Notes under the pieces: model-generated
What the model was told of the DNA's origin: nothing
Database searches by the model: none
What the model saw: the letters and a program-made list of their open reading frames with translations, nothing else
Program-made: the position numbers and the translations under genes
IMG/VR virus record: IMGVR_UViG_2643221929_000003
Span: 7,225-71,224 of that record
From: a virus
Taxonomy: Duplodnaviria; Caudoviricetes
Reading direction: 5' to 3' (one strand)
DNA: 64,000 nucleotides
Shown here: in pieces, positions 9,580-19,585 of the stretch
Position numbering within the stretch: position 1 is the first letter of the stretch
How the letters are laid out: each line of letters begins with the position of its first letter

Positions 9580-10002
9580 ATGCCGTCCGAGGATAAGAAG
9601 CCAGAAGCCCGCATCACGCTCGATGTTGCTGGTACGCAACGTACTATCTTCATGAGCTTCGGGCTGCTGAACGAGATCGCGGCCCTTGTGCAGAGCCCCG
9701 AGAACGTCCCCGAGCTGAGCTTCAACTCGACCGTGTCGACGGCCGCCCTGCACCTGATGCTGGCTCCCCGCGACAAGCGCGGCAACATCCTGCCCGAGAA
9801 TGAGGACGAGCCGGCCGTGCCGCTCGATCTCGACCTCGACACCGCGGAGAAGCTGCTCGACTGGGCTGGCGAGCACGTCCTGGATTTTTTCGTCCGCCGC
9901 CTCGCGAAGTCCGCGACACTCTTCGCGACGAGGGCGGACAAGCTAGCGGCAGCCGGATCATCTCTGACTTCTTCGGCGAGCTTACCTGGGAAGACAGCCT
10001 GA
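9580..10002 (+). CDS. Tail assembly chaperone (gpG-like)
   Basis: ATG 9580 (MPSEDKKPEARITL...), between tail tube and tape measure; contains slippery T-TTT-TTC at 9885-9891. Confidence 0.75.
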   Translation: MPSEDKKPEARITLDVAGTQRTIFMSFGLLNEIAALVQSPENVPELSFNSTVSTAALHLMLAPRDKRGNILPENEDEPAVPLDLDLDTAEKLLDWAGEHVLDFFVRRLAKSATLFATRADKLAAAGSSLTSSASLPGKTA

Positions 10003-10238
10003 TCCTGGTCTTCCGGTGCGCGCCCAGCGATCTCCCTAAGCTCTACTGGAAGCGCACCCTCGACGATCTCAGGCGGATGACTGGTCTCTTCATCCGCTAC
10101 GAGATGGTCAAAGCCATGTCGGTCACGGAGAGCTTGCTCTTCGTCACCGGGAAACTGTTCGGGAAGGCCGAGCCGGAGGCTGAGGACCTGAACGGGCTCA
10201 ACGAGATGATGGCGTTTGCCCGAGCGGTCAATGGCTGA
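9888..10238 (+). CDS. -1 frameshift extension of tail assembly chaperone (gpGT-like)
   Basis: -1 frame is open from the slippery site to TGA 10236-10238 (RPPPREVRD...FARAVNG), overlapping the tape measure ATG. Confidence 0.7.
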   Translation, partial: FRPPPREVRDTLRDEGGQASGSRIISDFFGELTWEDSLILVFRCAPSDLPKLYWKRTLDDLRRMTGLFIRYEMVKAMSVTESLLFVTGKLFGKAEPEAEDLNGLNEMMAFARAVNG

Positions 10239-13200
10239 TGATCTGAACGTTGACCTCGGGATTGGCACGAACGACCTGGAGGCCAGCCTCCGGCGCACGT
10301 TCGACGCGCTCCAGGGTGGTCTCAGGACCGCCCAGGAGATGCAGACCTGGTTCGAGCGCACGGCCAAGTCGGCGCGCGAGCTGCCGGGCGTCATCGCCGA
10401 CCTCAACACCAAATTGGCCGCCGCCAAGGGCACGGCCGGCGAGATCGGCCTGGAGAAGCAGCTCAACGCCGCGGTGCAGCAGCAGGCCTCGCTGAACCGC
10501 GAGCTGCAGCGCGAGGTCCAGATCCAGCGCGAGCTGTCGCTCGCCCGCGGCGCCGGCCAGCGCGCGGCCGAGGGCGGCACCGTTGCGGACGGCCGGCAGA
10601 TTGCCCAGGTCCGGCTGACCGAGCGCGCCGTCGCCGACGCCATCACGGGCATCAACACCACTGCGGACCAGATCGCCGCCCGGCTGAGCATCGCCACCGG
10701 CAAGGCCATGGAGCGCCTGATCGCCGGCACCGCGCAGCAGGTCGAGCAGTCTGTGCAGCTCGCGGCGAACCGCGCCATGAGCACGAACGCCCAGCTGTCC
10801 GTGCCCGGCTACCTCGATGCCTCCGTCGTGAACGCGCGCGTGGCCGCGGAGACGGCTGTCCGGCGCGCCGGCACGGGCGCGACGCTCGACGAGCGCGACG
10901 CCGGCCGGCGCATGTACGCGGACGCGGCCGAGGAGAACCGGCAGCGGACGCTGGCCGCCAACCGGATCCGCCGGGATGCCGAGCGCGAGAACGCCGAGCG
11001 TGACCGGATCGCCAGCCAGGCCCAGTCGAAGCTGATGGCCGAGGCGGCCTACGAGGACGCCGAGCGCAGCCGGCGCATGTCCCGGCTCCAGACCGAGGCC
11101 GCCTGGGACAACCGGAACTTCGACCAGAAGCGGAAGGCAGCCGACGCCGAGTACCGGGCGTCGGAGGCGAAGATGCGCGCCGATGCGGTCTACGAGGACC
11201 GGCAGCGGACGCTCGCCGCCAACCGGACCCGCCGCGACGCCGAGCGGGAGAACCAGGGCATCGACGCCGCCTACCGGCGCCAGCAGGCCCAGATGTATTC
11301 CGACGCGCGGGCCGAGTACCGCGCCTCCCCGCAGGGCCAGCAGGAGGCTGCCCGCAAGAGCTTCGAGGCGCGCAGCGCCGCCTTCGACCTCAACGGCGGT
11401 GCGGACCAGTTCACGTTCCAGTCGAAGCTCGCCCTGAACTACGCCACCTTCGGCCTGGCCGCCGCCGCGATCCGCGGCGCGGTCGTGGCGGTGGTCCAGT
11501 TCGACGAGGAGCTGAAGCAGTTCCAGGCCATCACCGGGGCCGCCGACGCCGAGATGGACGGCTTCCGCGGCAAGCTCCTGGAGGTGGCCGCCACGAGCAA
11601 GTTCTCCGTAGGCGAGCTGACCCAGGTGGCGGTGGCGCTCGGCCAGACCGGCCTGTCGGCCAATGAGGTGGCGAAGTCCCTGAAGCCGGTCGTCGATCTG
11701 GCAGCGGCCTCGGGCTCGACGCTGCAGCAGTCGGTCGAGGCGATCACCGGGGTGCTCGGCGCCTACAACCTGGAGGCCGGACGCTCGGCCGAGGTCGCCG
11801 ACGTCTTCGTGGCGGCGCTGAACAAGACCAAGCTGACGATGGACCAGCTGCAGCTGGGCATCCAGTACGCGGCCAACATCGCGCGCGACAGCGGCATCAG
11901 CTTCTCCGAGCTGACCGCGTCCATCGGCGCGGTGGCCCAGGCCGGCGTGAAGTCGGGCTCGACCATCGGCACCGGCATCCGGCAGCTCATCACCGAGTTC
12001 TCGGCGCCCACGGACAAGCTCCGCGGCGTGCTGAAGGAGCTGGGCATCAACCTGGCCGACGTGGATCTGCGCACGCAGGGCTTTGCCGGCGTGCTGGAGA
12101 ACCTGCGCGCCAAGGGCTTCGGCACGTCCGAGGCCCTGCGCGCCCTCGACCTGCGCGCCGCGTCGGCCTTCGCCGCCCTGTCCGGCCAGTCGGACAAGAT
12201 CACCCAGCTGCAGCAGGAGTTCCTGCTCACCTCCGCGGCGACCGACGCCGCCGCCAAGGCCAACGAGAGCCTGACGGCCACCATGCAGCGGGCCACCAAC
12301 GCCATCTTCGGCGCGGTGGACACCGGCTTCCGGCCGCTCGTCGCGATCCTGCAGCTGGCCGCCGGTGGCGTGGCGACGTTCGCCTCGAACATCTCCGGGC
12401 TCGGTCCCGTGCTGCCGGTGATCACCGCTGGTGTCGCCTCGCTGGCCGCCGCCGCGATTGCCCTGAAGGCCATCAACCTGGCCGGCGGTCTGCTCGGCGG
12501 GGGCGCCCTGACCGGGCTCCTCACGGGGCCGGTCGGTGTCGGCGCCGTTGGCATCGCCGCGGTGTCCGGGCTCGTCTACTACCTATCCACGGTGCAGGAC
12601 GCGGCGGGCAAGGCCAGCCAGAAGCTCGACGAGCTGCAGAAGATCCAGAACGAGCTGACCGGCCGGCAGCAGACCCTGACCCAGCAGACCGGCAGCCTGG
12701 ACAGCACCATCACCACGCTGATCGACCGTCGCGACAAGCTGAACGGCGACGGCCTGCTGCGCCAGACGGCGGTGATCGAGGCGCAGAAGGCGTTCGCCGA
12801 TCTCGGCCTCGTGGTCGACAGCAGCAGCACCTCGGTCGACGAGCTGATCCAGGCGCTGCAGAAGCTGCGCGGTGAGCTGAACCAGGAGATGCCGGCCCTG
12901 CTCGCGCAGCAGCTCGCCGCCATCACCGAGAAGATGGACCAGCTCACGAAGCTGGAGGCCGCGCGCGAGGAGAAGAACCGGACCCGCCGGGTCGTGATCC
13001 CGGGCGGCGAGTTCTCCGGCCTCGGCGACGCCGGCTCGGTCGACCTCGACCCGCTGGCGCAGATGCGCGACCTCGGGCCCGAGTTCGTCCAGGCCGCCGA
13101 CATCCTGTCCGGCAAGACCCGGCTGCGGCCCGGCAACGTCCGGTCCCAGACCGCGCCCATCGCCTCGGCGATGTCGACCATGTTGCTCAACCTGCAGCGG

Positions 13201-16200
13201 TCGCGCACCGACGTGTCGCTCGACGGCAGCCTTTCGGACAGCGACCGGCGGACCATGCTCGGCCAGCTCGAAGAGACCATCGGGCGCGTCGAGACGGCGA
13301 TCAAGGAGTTCGGCGAGAAGGTCGGCTCGGTCCAGAGCCAGCAGGCCATCGTGATCGAGGCCGAGCGCGTAAACCGCGGGCTCCAGGCGGCGACCATCCA
13401 GGCGTCGCCCGACTTCGGCGCGATCCGCAGCGCGCGCGACGACATCTACGGCCAGCAGGATCGCGCTGTGGCCGAGGCCGGCCGGAATGCGCAGGGCTTC
13501 CCCGCCTTCGAGGCGATGCAGCGTGCTGCCCGCTCCACCGACGACGTCGTGAAGGCCAAGCTGGCCGAGATCGAGGAGGCGAAGCGGCGCGCCCTGGCGG
13601 ACGGCATGGACCCGAAGGCGGTCGATGACGCCTTCCGCGACGTGATCGACAGCTTCAACACCCTGCTGAAGGGCTCGACAAAGGAGATCCGCGAGAAGTT
13701 CCAGGCGGTGTCCGGCGACGCCAAGGCCGACCTGAACGCCCAGATCCGCAACGCCCAGTCCCAGATGGAGCTGCTGCAGCGGCAGGCCTCGACCACGCAG
13801 GACCCGGCCCGGGTGCCGGAGCTGCAGGGCCTGGCCACCCACTACCAGGAGGTGATCAACACCGCGCGCGAGCGGCTGTTCAAGATCGAGCAGGGCGTCA
13901 ACGCCGACCAGATCATCGCCAACTCGCCCGAGCTGAAGGACAAGCAGCGGGAGCTGACCGAGAAGGGCCAGGCCGACCTGAACAAGTTGGTCGTCACCTA
14001 CGCGGAGATCCACCGCCGGGTGCAGACCCAGATGCTGACCTTCCAGGCCGACCGGGCGACCGGGCGACCGAGCGGCGCGACCTGCTGCAGGAGCAGATCA
14101 AGGGCCTGGAGAAGGTCCGCGATGACGTGCGCTCGACGCCCGAGCAGATGCGCGCGGCCGTGCAGGAGATCAACCGGCTCCTCGGCGAGGTGGCCAAGAT
14201 CGGCCAGAGCATCAACCGGATCAACGCCGACAAGGTGGACCTGAAGCTGCCGTCCACGCTCGGCCCCACGGTGGCGTTCAGCGCCGGCTCGGCGCAGCAG
14301 ACCATCGTCGACCAGCTGCGCGCGGCCGGCGCGAGCGAGGACCGGATCCGGTACGCGCTCGGCGCCGGTCAGATCGAGAGCGGCTACTCGCCCGACGTCA
14401 TCTCCGGGGCCCGGCGCTCGTCGGCGGGCGCGGCCGGCATCTTCCAGTTTATGCCGTCCACTTGGCAGAAGATGTACGGCACCCGGGACGTGGACACGGG
14501 CCTGTCGGCCCAGATCAAGGCCTTCCAGGAGTTCACCGACCGCAACGCCGGCACCTTCCGCTCGAACATGGGCCGGGAGGCGACGCCGGAGGAGCTGTAC
14601 CTGATGCACCAGCAGGGCGCGGCGGGCTCGCTGGCGCTGCTGCGCGCCGGCTCGGGCTCGGCGCTCGATGCGCTGACCGGCGTCTACGGTGGCGACGCCT
14701 CGAAGGCGCGCGCGGCGATCACCGGCAACGGTGGCCGGGCCGACATGACGGCCGACGAGCTGGTGGCGCTGATCGAGCGGAAGTTCCGGGCGGCCTCGGC
14801 CGCGATCGGCAACCCGTTCGGCACCACGGGCGACGCCGAGGTCAAGCGCATGCGCCAGGCCACGGACGACAAGACGGCGGCCGAGGAGGAGCGGAAGAAG
14901 GCCGAGAACGAGCAGAAGGCCCAGGCCAACGAGCGCGCCCGCCAGCTGGCCGAGCTGAAGCGGACCGACAAGGCCCTGTCCGAGACCTACGACACCCAGC
15001 TGGAGGCGGTGAAGCGCGCCCAGGACCCGGCGGCGGCGATGAGCGCCAGCCGGGACGCCTACGGCACGCTGAAGCAGCTCCTCGACATCGCGAAGCAGGA
15101 GGACGGCAACAAGCCGGGCCTGGACGATGACGCGCGCGCCGCCCAGTCCGATGCGACCCGCAAGCGCTTCGCCGGCCTGTTCCAGCAGCAGGGCCTGGCC
15201 ACCGCGGAGACCATCGGCAAGGACAGCCTCAAGGCCTACGAGGACCGGCTGACCCAGCTGCGCGCGGAGCAGAAGGAGCTGGAGCGTCCCGAGAACGAGG
15301 GCCGCGCCGGCAACACCGACCGGCTCAACGTGCTCCGCGAGGAGATCAACCAGCTGGAGAAGCAGAAGGAGCTGCAGGGCACCTACGAGAGCAACCAGGC
15401 CAAGATCGTCGCGCTGGAGGAGACCCTCAAGCAGATGAAGGACGCCGGGCTCGACGTCGACCGTGACGGTGTCGAGGTCCAGCGCCGCATCCTGGAGCTG
15501 CGCGAGCGGAACAAGGTCCTGGAGCCGACCGTGAACCTGTCGCGGCAGCAGGCCGGCACGCAGCGCACCTACGGCGAGGCGGCCTCCGGCGCCATGGACA
15601 GCTTCCTGAAGAGCCGGGGCGTGCTCGACTTCAAGGGCCAGGTCGTCGACCCGGTGGTGCAGGCGCAGAAGACCCTGACCGAGAGCCTGAACGTGGTGGG
15701 CGGCGCCTTCGACAACTTCTTCACCAACCTGTTCAACGGGTCGATGAAGGCCGGCGAGGCCCTGAAGCAGTTCGCGACCTCGATCCTGTCGGGGCTGATG
15801 AGCCAGATCTCGAAGAGCCTGACGAACTCGATCTTCCAGTCGCTGTTCACGGGCGGCGGCGCGGCCGCCGGCGGCGGCATCCTGTCGGGGATCGGCTCGC
15901 TGTTCGGCATGTACTCGGGCGGCCCGATCCGCATGGCCGGCGGCGGCGCGGTGCCGGGCGCGGACGCGGCGCTGACCATGCGCGACAGCAAGATGATCCT
16001 GGCGCAGCCGGGCGAGTACCTGCTGCGCCGGTCGGCGGTGGACGCCATCGGCCAGGAGCAGCTCGACCAGGTGAACGCGCTGGGCGGCGCCATGGTGAAC
16101 CGCGCGCCGAAGGTCGACGCCGCTCAGCGGTTCGGCGGCGCCTCGGCGGCGGCGAACGTCTACGTCGTCGACCGCGAGCAGGTCCCGCCGCCCAGCCAGA

Positions 16201-16286
16201 ACGACGTGGTCCACATGATCGGCGACAACATCCAGCGGGGCGGGGCGATCCGGCAGCTGATCAAGAGCGTGGCGGCGCGAGGCTGA
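10231..16286 (+). pseudogene. Tape measure protein with lytic transglycosylase domain, frameshifted by an 8-bp duplication at 14049-14064
   Basis: ORFs 10216-14244 and 14127-16286 fuse into ~2015 aa if one CGACCGGG copy is removed; TP901-type TMP core; IESG...AAGIFQFMPSTW SLT motif. Confidence 0.85.
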
Positions 16287-16287
16287 G

Positions 16288-16722
16288 ATGGCACTGAAGA
16301 CCTTCGACTTCCCGTACTCGACGCCCCAGGACGAGTACCCCGCCGGCGCCACGGTCAAGTTCGGGCGCGGGTATCGCTTCGCCTCGGCGCCCACCGGCCC
16401 GGACGAGGTGATCCTGCACCTGAATTTCCCGGCCATGTTCGCCTTCCAGGCGGTGTTCGGCGCGGCGCCGGATCCGACCGTCGAGCCAAAGCTCAACATC
16501 CACGCCCTGGAGGACTTCTACAAGTTCCACAGGATGTACCTGCCGTTCTACGTCATGCACCCAAGGCAGGGCCAGATCATCTGCCGCTTCAACAAGCCCC
16601 TGGTCATGCCCAAGCCGATCAAGACCAGCCCGGGTGAGATCGGCGGGCGCGTCGTGAACGGCGTGAGCTGGCGCGTCTTCCAGATGGAAGCCTTCGACAT
16701 CGAGATGCTGATCCAGCCATGA
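16288..16722 (+). CDS. Minor tail protein (lambda gpM-like distal tail)
   Basis: 144 aa directly after TMP; VKFGRGY motif. Confidence 0.6.
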   Translation: MALKTFDFPYSTPQDEYPAGATVKFGRGYRFASAPTGPDEVILHLNFPAMFAFQAVFGAAPDPTVEPKLNIHALEDFYKFHRMYLPFYVMHPRQGQIICRFNKPLVMPKPIKTSPGEIGGRVVNGVSWRVFQMEAFDIEMLIQP

Positions 16723-17228
16723 CCGTTCCCAGCTCCCACGTCGACGAGGGTCTGAAGCTCACAGCTGACGGCGAGGTGATCCTCTACGAGATCAATCTGA
16801 TGAACGTGCCGGACGGCGCGAGCGCGGTGCTGCGCTTCCGGGACGGCCCGATGGGCTCCTCGACCCAGTGGGACGGGAAGACCTGGGACCACCTGGCCGT
16901 GCAGTTCTCCGGCTACTCCCGGTCCTCCGAGGAGGAGAAGAGCCGGCCGACGCTGCGCCTGATGAACCCGGTCGGGATCTTCAACGAGGCCGCCTTCGAG
17001 GGCCGCTTCGACGGCGCGCTGCTACAGCGCTACACGGTCCTGCGCGACCACCTGGAGCGGGGCGTGGTGATCTCGAACAACGAGATGTACTTCATCGGCC
17101 GGGTAAAGGACCTGATCTCGGGCCAGAGCATCTCGTTCGAGCTGCGCTCGCTGTCGGACGGCCCGGATCAGTTGATCCCCGCGCGCATGTTCCTCCCGAG
17201 TGAGGGCTTCCCGTTCGTGACGCTGTGA
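16719..17228 (+). CDS. Minor tail protein (lambda gpL-like)
   Basis: ILYEI...RPTLRL...ISFELRS...IPAR pattern of the gpL N-terminal part. Confidence 0.7.
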   Translation: MTVPSSHVDEGLKLTADGEVILYEINLMNVPDGASAVLRFRDGPMGSSTQWDGKTWDHLAVQFSGYSRSSEEEKSRPTLRLMNPVGIFNEAAFEGRFDGALLQRYTVLRDHLERGVVISNNEMYFIGRVKDLISGQSISFELRSLSDGPDQLIPARMFLPSEGFPFVTL

Positions 17229-17240
17229 AGCGTCTATTAT

Positions 17241-18077
17241 TCAACGAGGGGCAAACTCACGCTTGATGGTTGCAATTACATCCCCAAAGATCTCTTTGAT
17301 ATTTCCCTTTTGAAATCGCAATTGCTGCAATCCCGCTATGTTACTAAACTCGTTCGTGCCATCTTCCAACAAGACTATCGCACGCTTGAAACCTAATTTT
17401 CCCTGAAAAAGACCAGTCTCATGTACAACATTTTCACGAGCATGTTCTTTTCCTTCACGATCAATGTCTTCACCCGTATGAACCAAAAGAGCCATTGAAG
17501 CTCTACTTGACATCTCTTTCAATATATCTTGAATATTATAACCAGCACGAGCGCCGGTCTCATAAGCCTCGACTTTAAAATGATGCTTGTCTTGCAAATG
17601 GTCCTTTAAATCGCGCCACAAGCCGCTTCGGCCGTGACCAATAAAAATGGTCACGTCTTTCAGAGCTTCTCCAACCGCGATTTTACTTTCGGCATATCTT
17701 TTATCCAAAACATAAAACAATTCGTCCAAATCTCTCTCATCGGAAAATCCGCCAATTGAACACTGAAGTGTGTTCTTTTGATATCGTAACGAAAAAGATG
17801 TTTTGCTACTTTCGCTATAGACGTGAATAGTAAAGTACTTTGACTTAACCGCCCGCTGGGTATGGGCTGGACGGGGATTAGTTACTGAGAAATCATCCCC
17901 GCCCTCAGTAAAATTCACATTAAAATATCGAACCTCGTCAGATCTTGACTTCAGCTTCTCGCCATATGCCTTCATTACATCTCGTATAGCCTCATAACTA
18001 AATCTAACATCATCATAATATTTATCTTTACCAAACACGGTATTCAACTGAACGGGCTCGTCTGCCTCCGGCATCAT
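17241..18077 (-). CDS. AT-rich moron: TIR-like (CAP12/PF10137-type) domain protein with unknown N-terminal domain
   Basis: C-terminus IFIGHGRS...ARENVVHETGLFQGKLG...EFSNIAG; low GC, antisense, inserted between gpL- and gpK-like genes. Confidence 0.85.
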   Translation of the reverse strand: MMPEADEPVQLNTVFGKDKYYDDVRFSYEAIRDVMKAYGEKLKSRSDEVRYFNVNFTEGGDDFSVTNPRPAHTQRAVKSKYFTIHVYSESSKTSFSLRYQKNTLQCSIGGFSDERDLDELFYVLDKRYAESKIAVGEALKDVTIFIGHGRSGLWRDLKDHLQDKHHFKVEAYETGARAGYNIQDILKEMSSRASMALLVHTGEDIDREGKEHARENVVHETGLFQGKLGFKRAIVLLEDGTNEFSNIAGLQQLRFQKGNIKEIFGDVIATIKREFAPR

Positions 18078-18174
18078 TTAGATCTCACATTTATGGCTCA
18101 GTTTGTGCCTCGCATCGTATGTGGGCTGGGCCTCAATGTCGACAGAGCAACGCTGTGATCCCCACTAGCAGATC

Positions 18175-18189
18175 GGTACGAAACGTACC
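18175..18189. promoter_or_regulatory. Motif A operator GGTACG-AAA-CGTACC
   Basis: Perfect palindrome 11 bp before ATG 18201. Confidence 0.75.
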
Positions 18190-18200
18190 ATCTACTCGCC

Positions 18201-18710
18201 ATGAAGACGGCGGGCCTCCTGGGGCGGGAGTTCAAGCACGGCGAGGCGGACTGCTTCTCGCTGATGCGCGAGTTCTACGCGACGAACTTCGGCATCCAGG
18301 TGCCCGACGTCGCTCGACCAGACAACTGGTGGGAGCCGGACGCCGAGGGCAAGCACCTCAACCTCTACCTCGATCTCTACCACGAGGTGGGCTTCGACCT
18401 GTTCCACGGGCACCCACGCAGCCGGCTGCCGGGCGACGTCATCCTGATGGCGATCCGCGCGCCGGTCGCCAACCACGGCGCGATCCTGCTGCCGGGCGAG
18501 AAGATCCTGCACCACCTGGCCGGCCAGGTGTCGTGCATCGAGAGCTACAACCGGCCGCTGTTCCGCGACACCACCGTCGCCGTGCTCCGGCATCCGCAGG
18601 TCGACGGCTCGAAGCTCCTCACCGAGACCGAGATCGACGCCTGGGACCTGGTCCCGCAGCGGATCCGCGACCAGCTCGAAGACGCGCGCCAGGGCCGCCT
18701 CGATGTCTGA
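18201..18710 (+). CDS. NlpC/P60 peptidase tail assembly protein (gpK C-terminal-like)
   Basis: DCFSL catalytic Cys motif, GDVILM, NHGAI and ILHH motifs. Confidence 0.85.
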   Translation: MKTAGLLGREFKHGEADCFSLMREFYATNFGIQVPDVARPDNWWEPDAEGKHLNLYLDLYHEVGFDLFHGHPRSRLPGDVILMAIRAPVANHGAILLPGEKILHHLAGQVSCIESYNRPLFRDTTVAVLRHPQVDGSKLLTETEIDAWDLVPQRIRDQLEDARQGRLDV

Positions 18711-19158
18711 GGCGACCATATCCGATCTGGCTGGCCGGTACGAGGATGACCTCCTGGCCCCCGAGCGCTGCGGCTTCGTCCTGAAGACCGGCGAGGTGGT
18801 CGAGGTCAAGAACCTGTGCCACGACCCGGCCAACGGCTTCGACATCTCCGGCGATGACCTCCTGAAGTACGAAGATCTCGCCGCCGCCTCATGGCACACA
18901 CATACCGGGACAGACTGCAACCTTACCCGGGATGATCTTATCAGTTTCTTGAACTACCCACACCTTCAACACTATATCATCGGCTCGGACGGCGTTGCCT
19001 GCTACGCCGTAGAGCGGGGGCAGGTCATCCGTGCAGCGACGCATCCATCTCCACGGAAGCCTGAAGAGCATCCATCCCGAGCCCATCGTGGTCCATGCGG
19101 CGACGGTCGCCGAGGCGATCAAGGCCGTGACCCGGCAGCTGCCGGGGTTCCGCGGTAA
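18703..19158 (+). CDS. JAB/Mov34 domain tail assembly protein (gpK N-terminal-like)
   Basis: ERCGFV...WHTH...TRDD JAB metalloprotease pattern. Confidence 0.75.
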   Translation: MSEATISDLAGRYEDDLLAPERCGFVLKTGEVVEVKNLCHDPANGFDISGDDLLKYEDLAAASWHTHTGTDCNLTRDDLISFLNYPHLQHYIIGSDGVACYAVERGQVIRAATHPSPRKPEEHPSRAHRGPCGDGRRGDQGRDPAAAGVPR

Positions 19159-19585
19159 CGCCGTGTCTGGCCCGCTCCGGGTGAAGGTCGCCGGTCACGA
19201 GACCATCGAGGACCTGATCGCCCCGTCCAAGGTGCAGGACCTGCACATCTTCCCGCAGCTGAACGGCGGCAAGAATGGTGGCTTCTTCCAGGTGCTGATC
19301 GGCGCCGTGCTGGTGGCCGCCTCGTTCATCCCGGGCATCGGCCAGGTGTTCGCGCCGATCTTGCTGAAGCTCGGCATCCTCATGGTGCTCGGGGGCATCC
19401 TGCAGATGTTCAACACGCCCAAGCGGGACAACAAGGACCAGGTGGAGAAGAAGAGCCACTACCTGGGCACGCCACACAACACCGTCGACATCGGCACCCG
19501 CATCCCGATCCTCTGCGGCGAGGACAAGATCGGCGGCCAGTACCTGTCGTTCCAGATCGACGCTGTCGACACCGGGGGGATCTGA
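19031..19585 (+). CDS. Tail assembly protein (lambda gpI-like)
   Basis: Ubiquitin-like N-terminus ending GG, hydrophobic segment, NT...GTRIPILCGE. Confidence 0.8.
   Translation: MQRRIHLHGSLKSIHPEPIVVHAATVAEAIKAVTRQLPGFRGNAVSGPLRVKVAGHETIEDLIAPSKVQDLHIFPQLNGGKNGGFFQVLIGAVLVAASFIPGIGQVFAPILLKLGILMVLGGILQMFNTPKRDNKDQVEKKSHYLGTPHNTVDIGTRIPILCGEDKIGGQYLSFQIDAVDTGGI

Noticed and set aside
10937-11255. Duplicated RQRTLAANRxRRDAEREN segment in tape measure N-terminus
   Set aside because: Internal repeats are typical of tape measure proteins.
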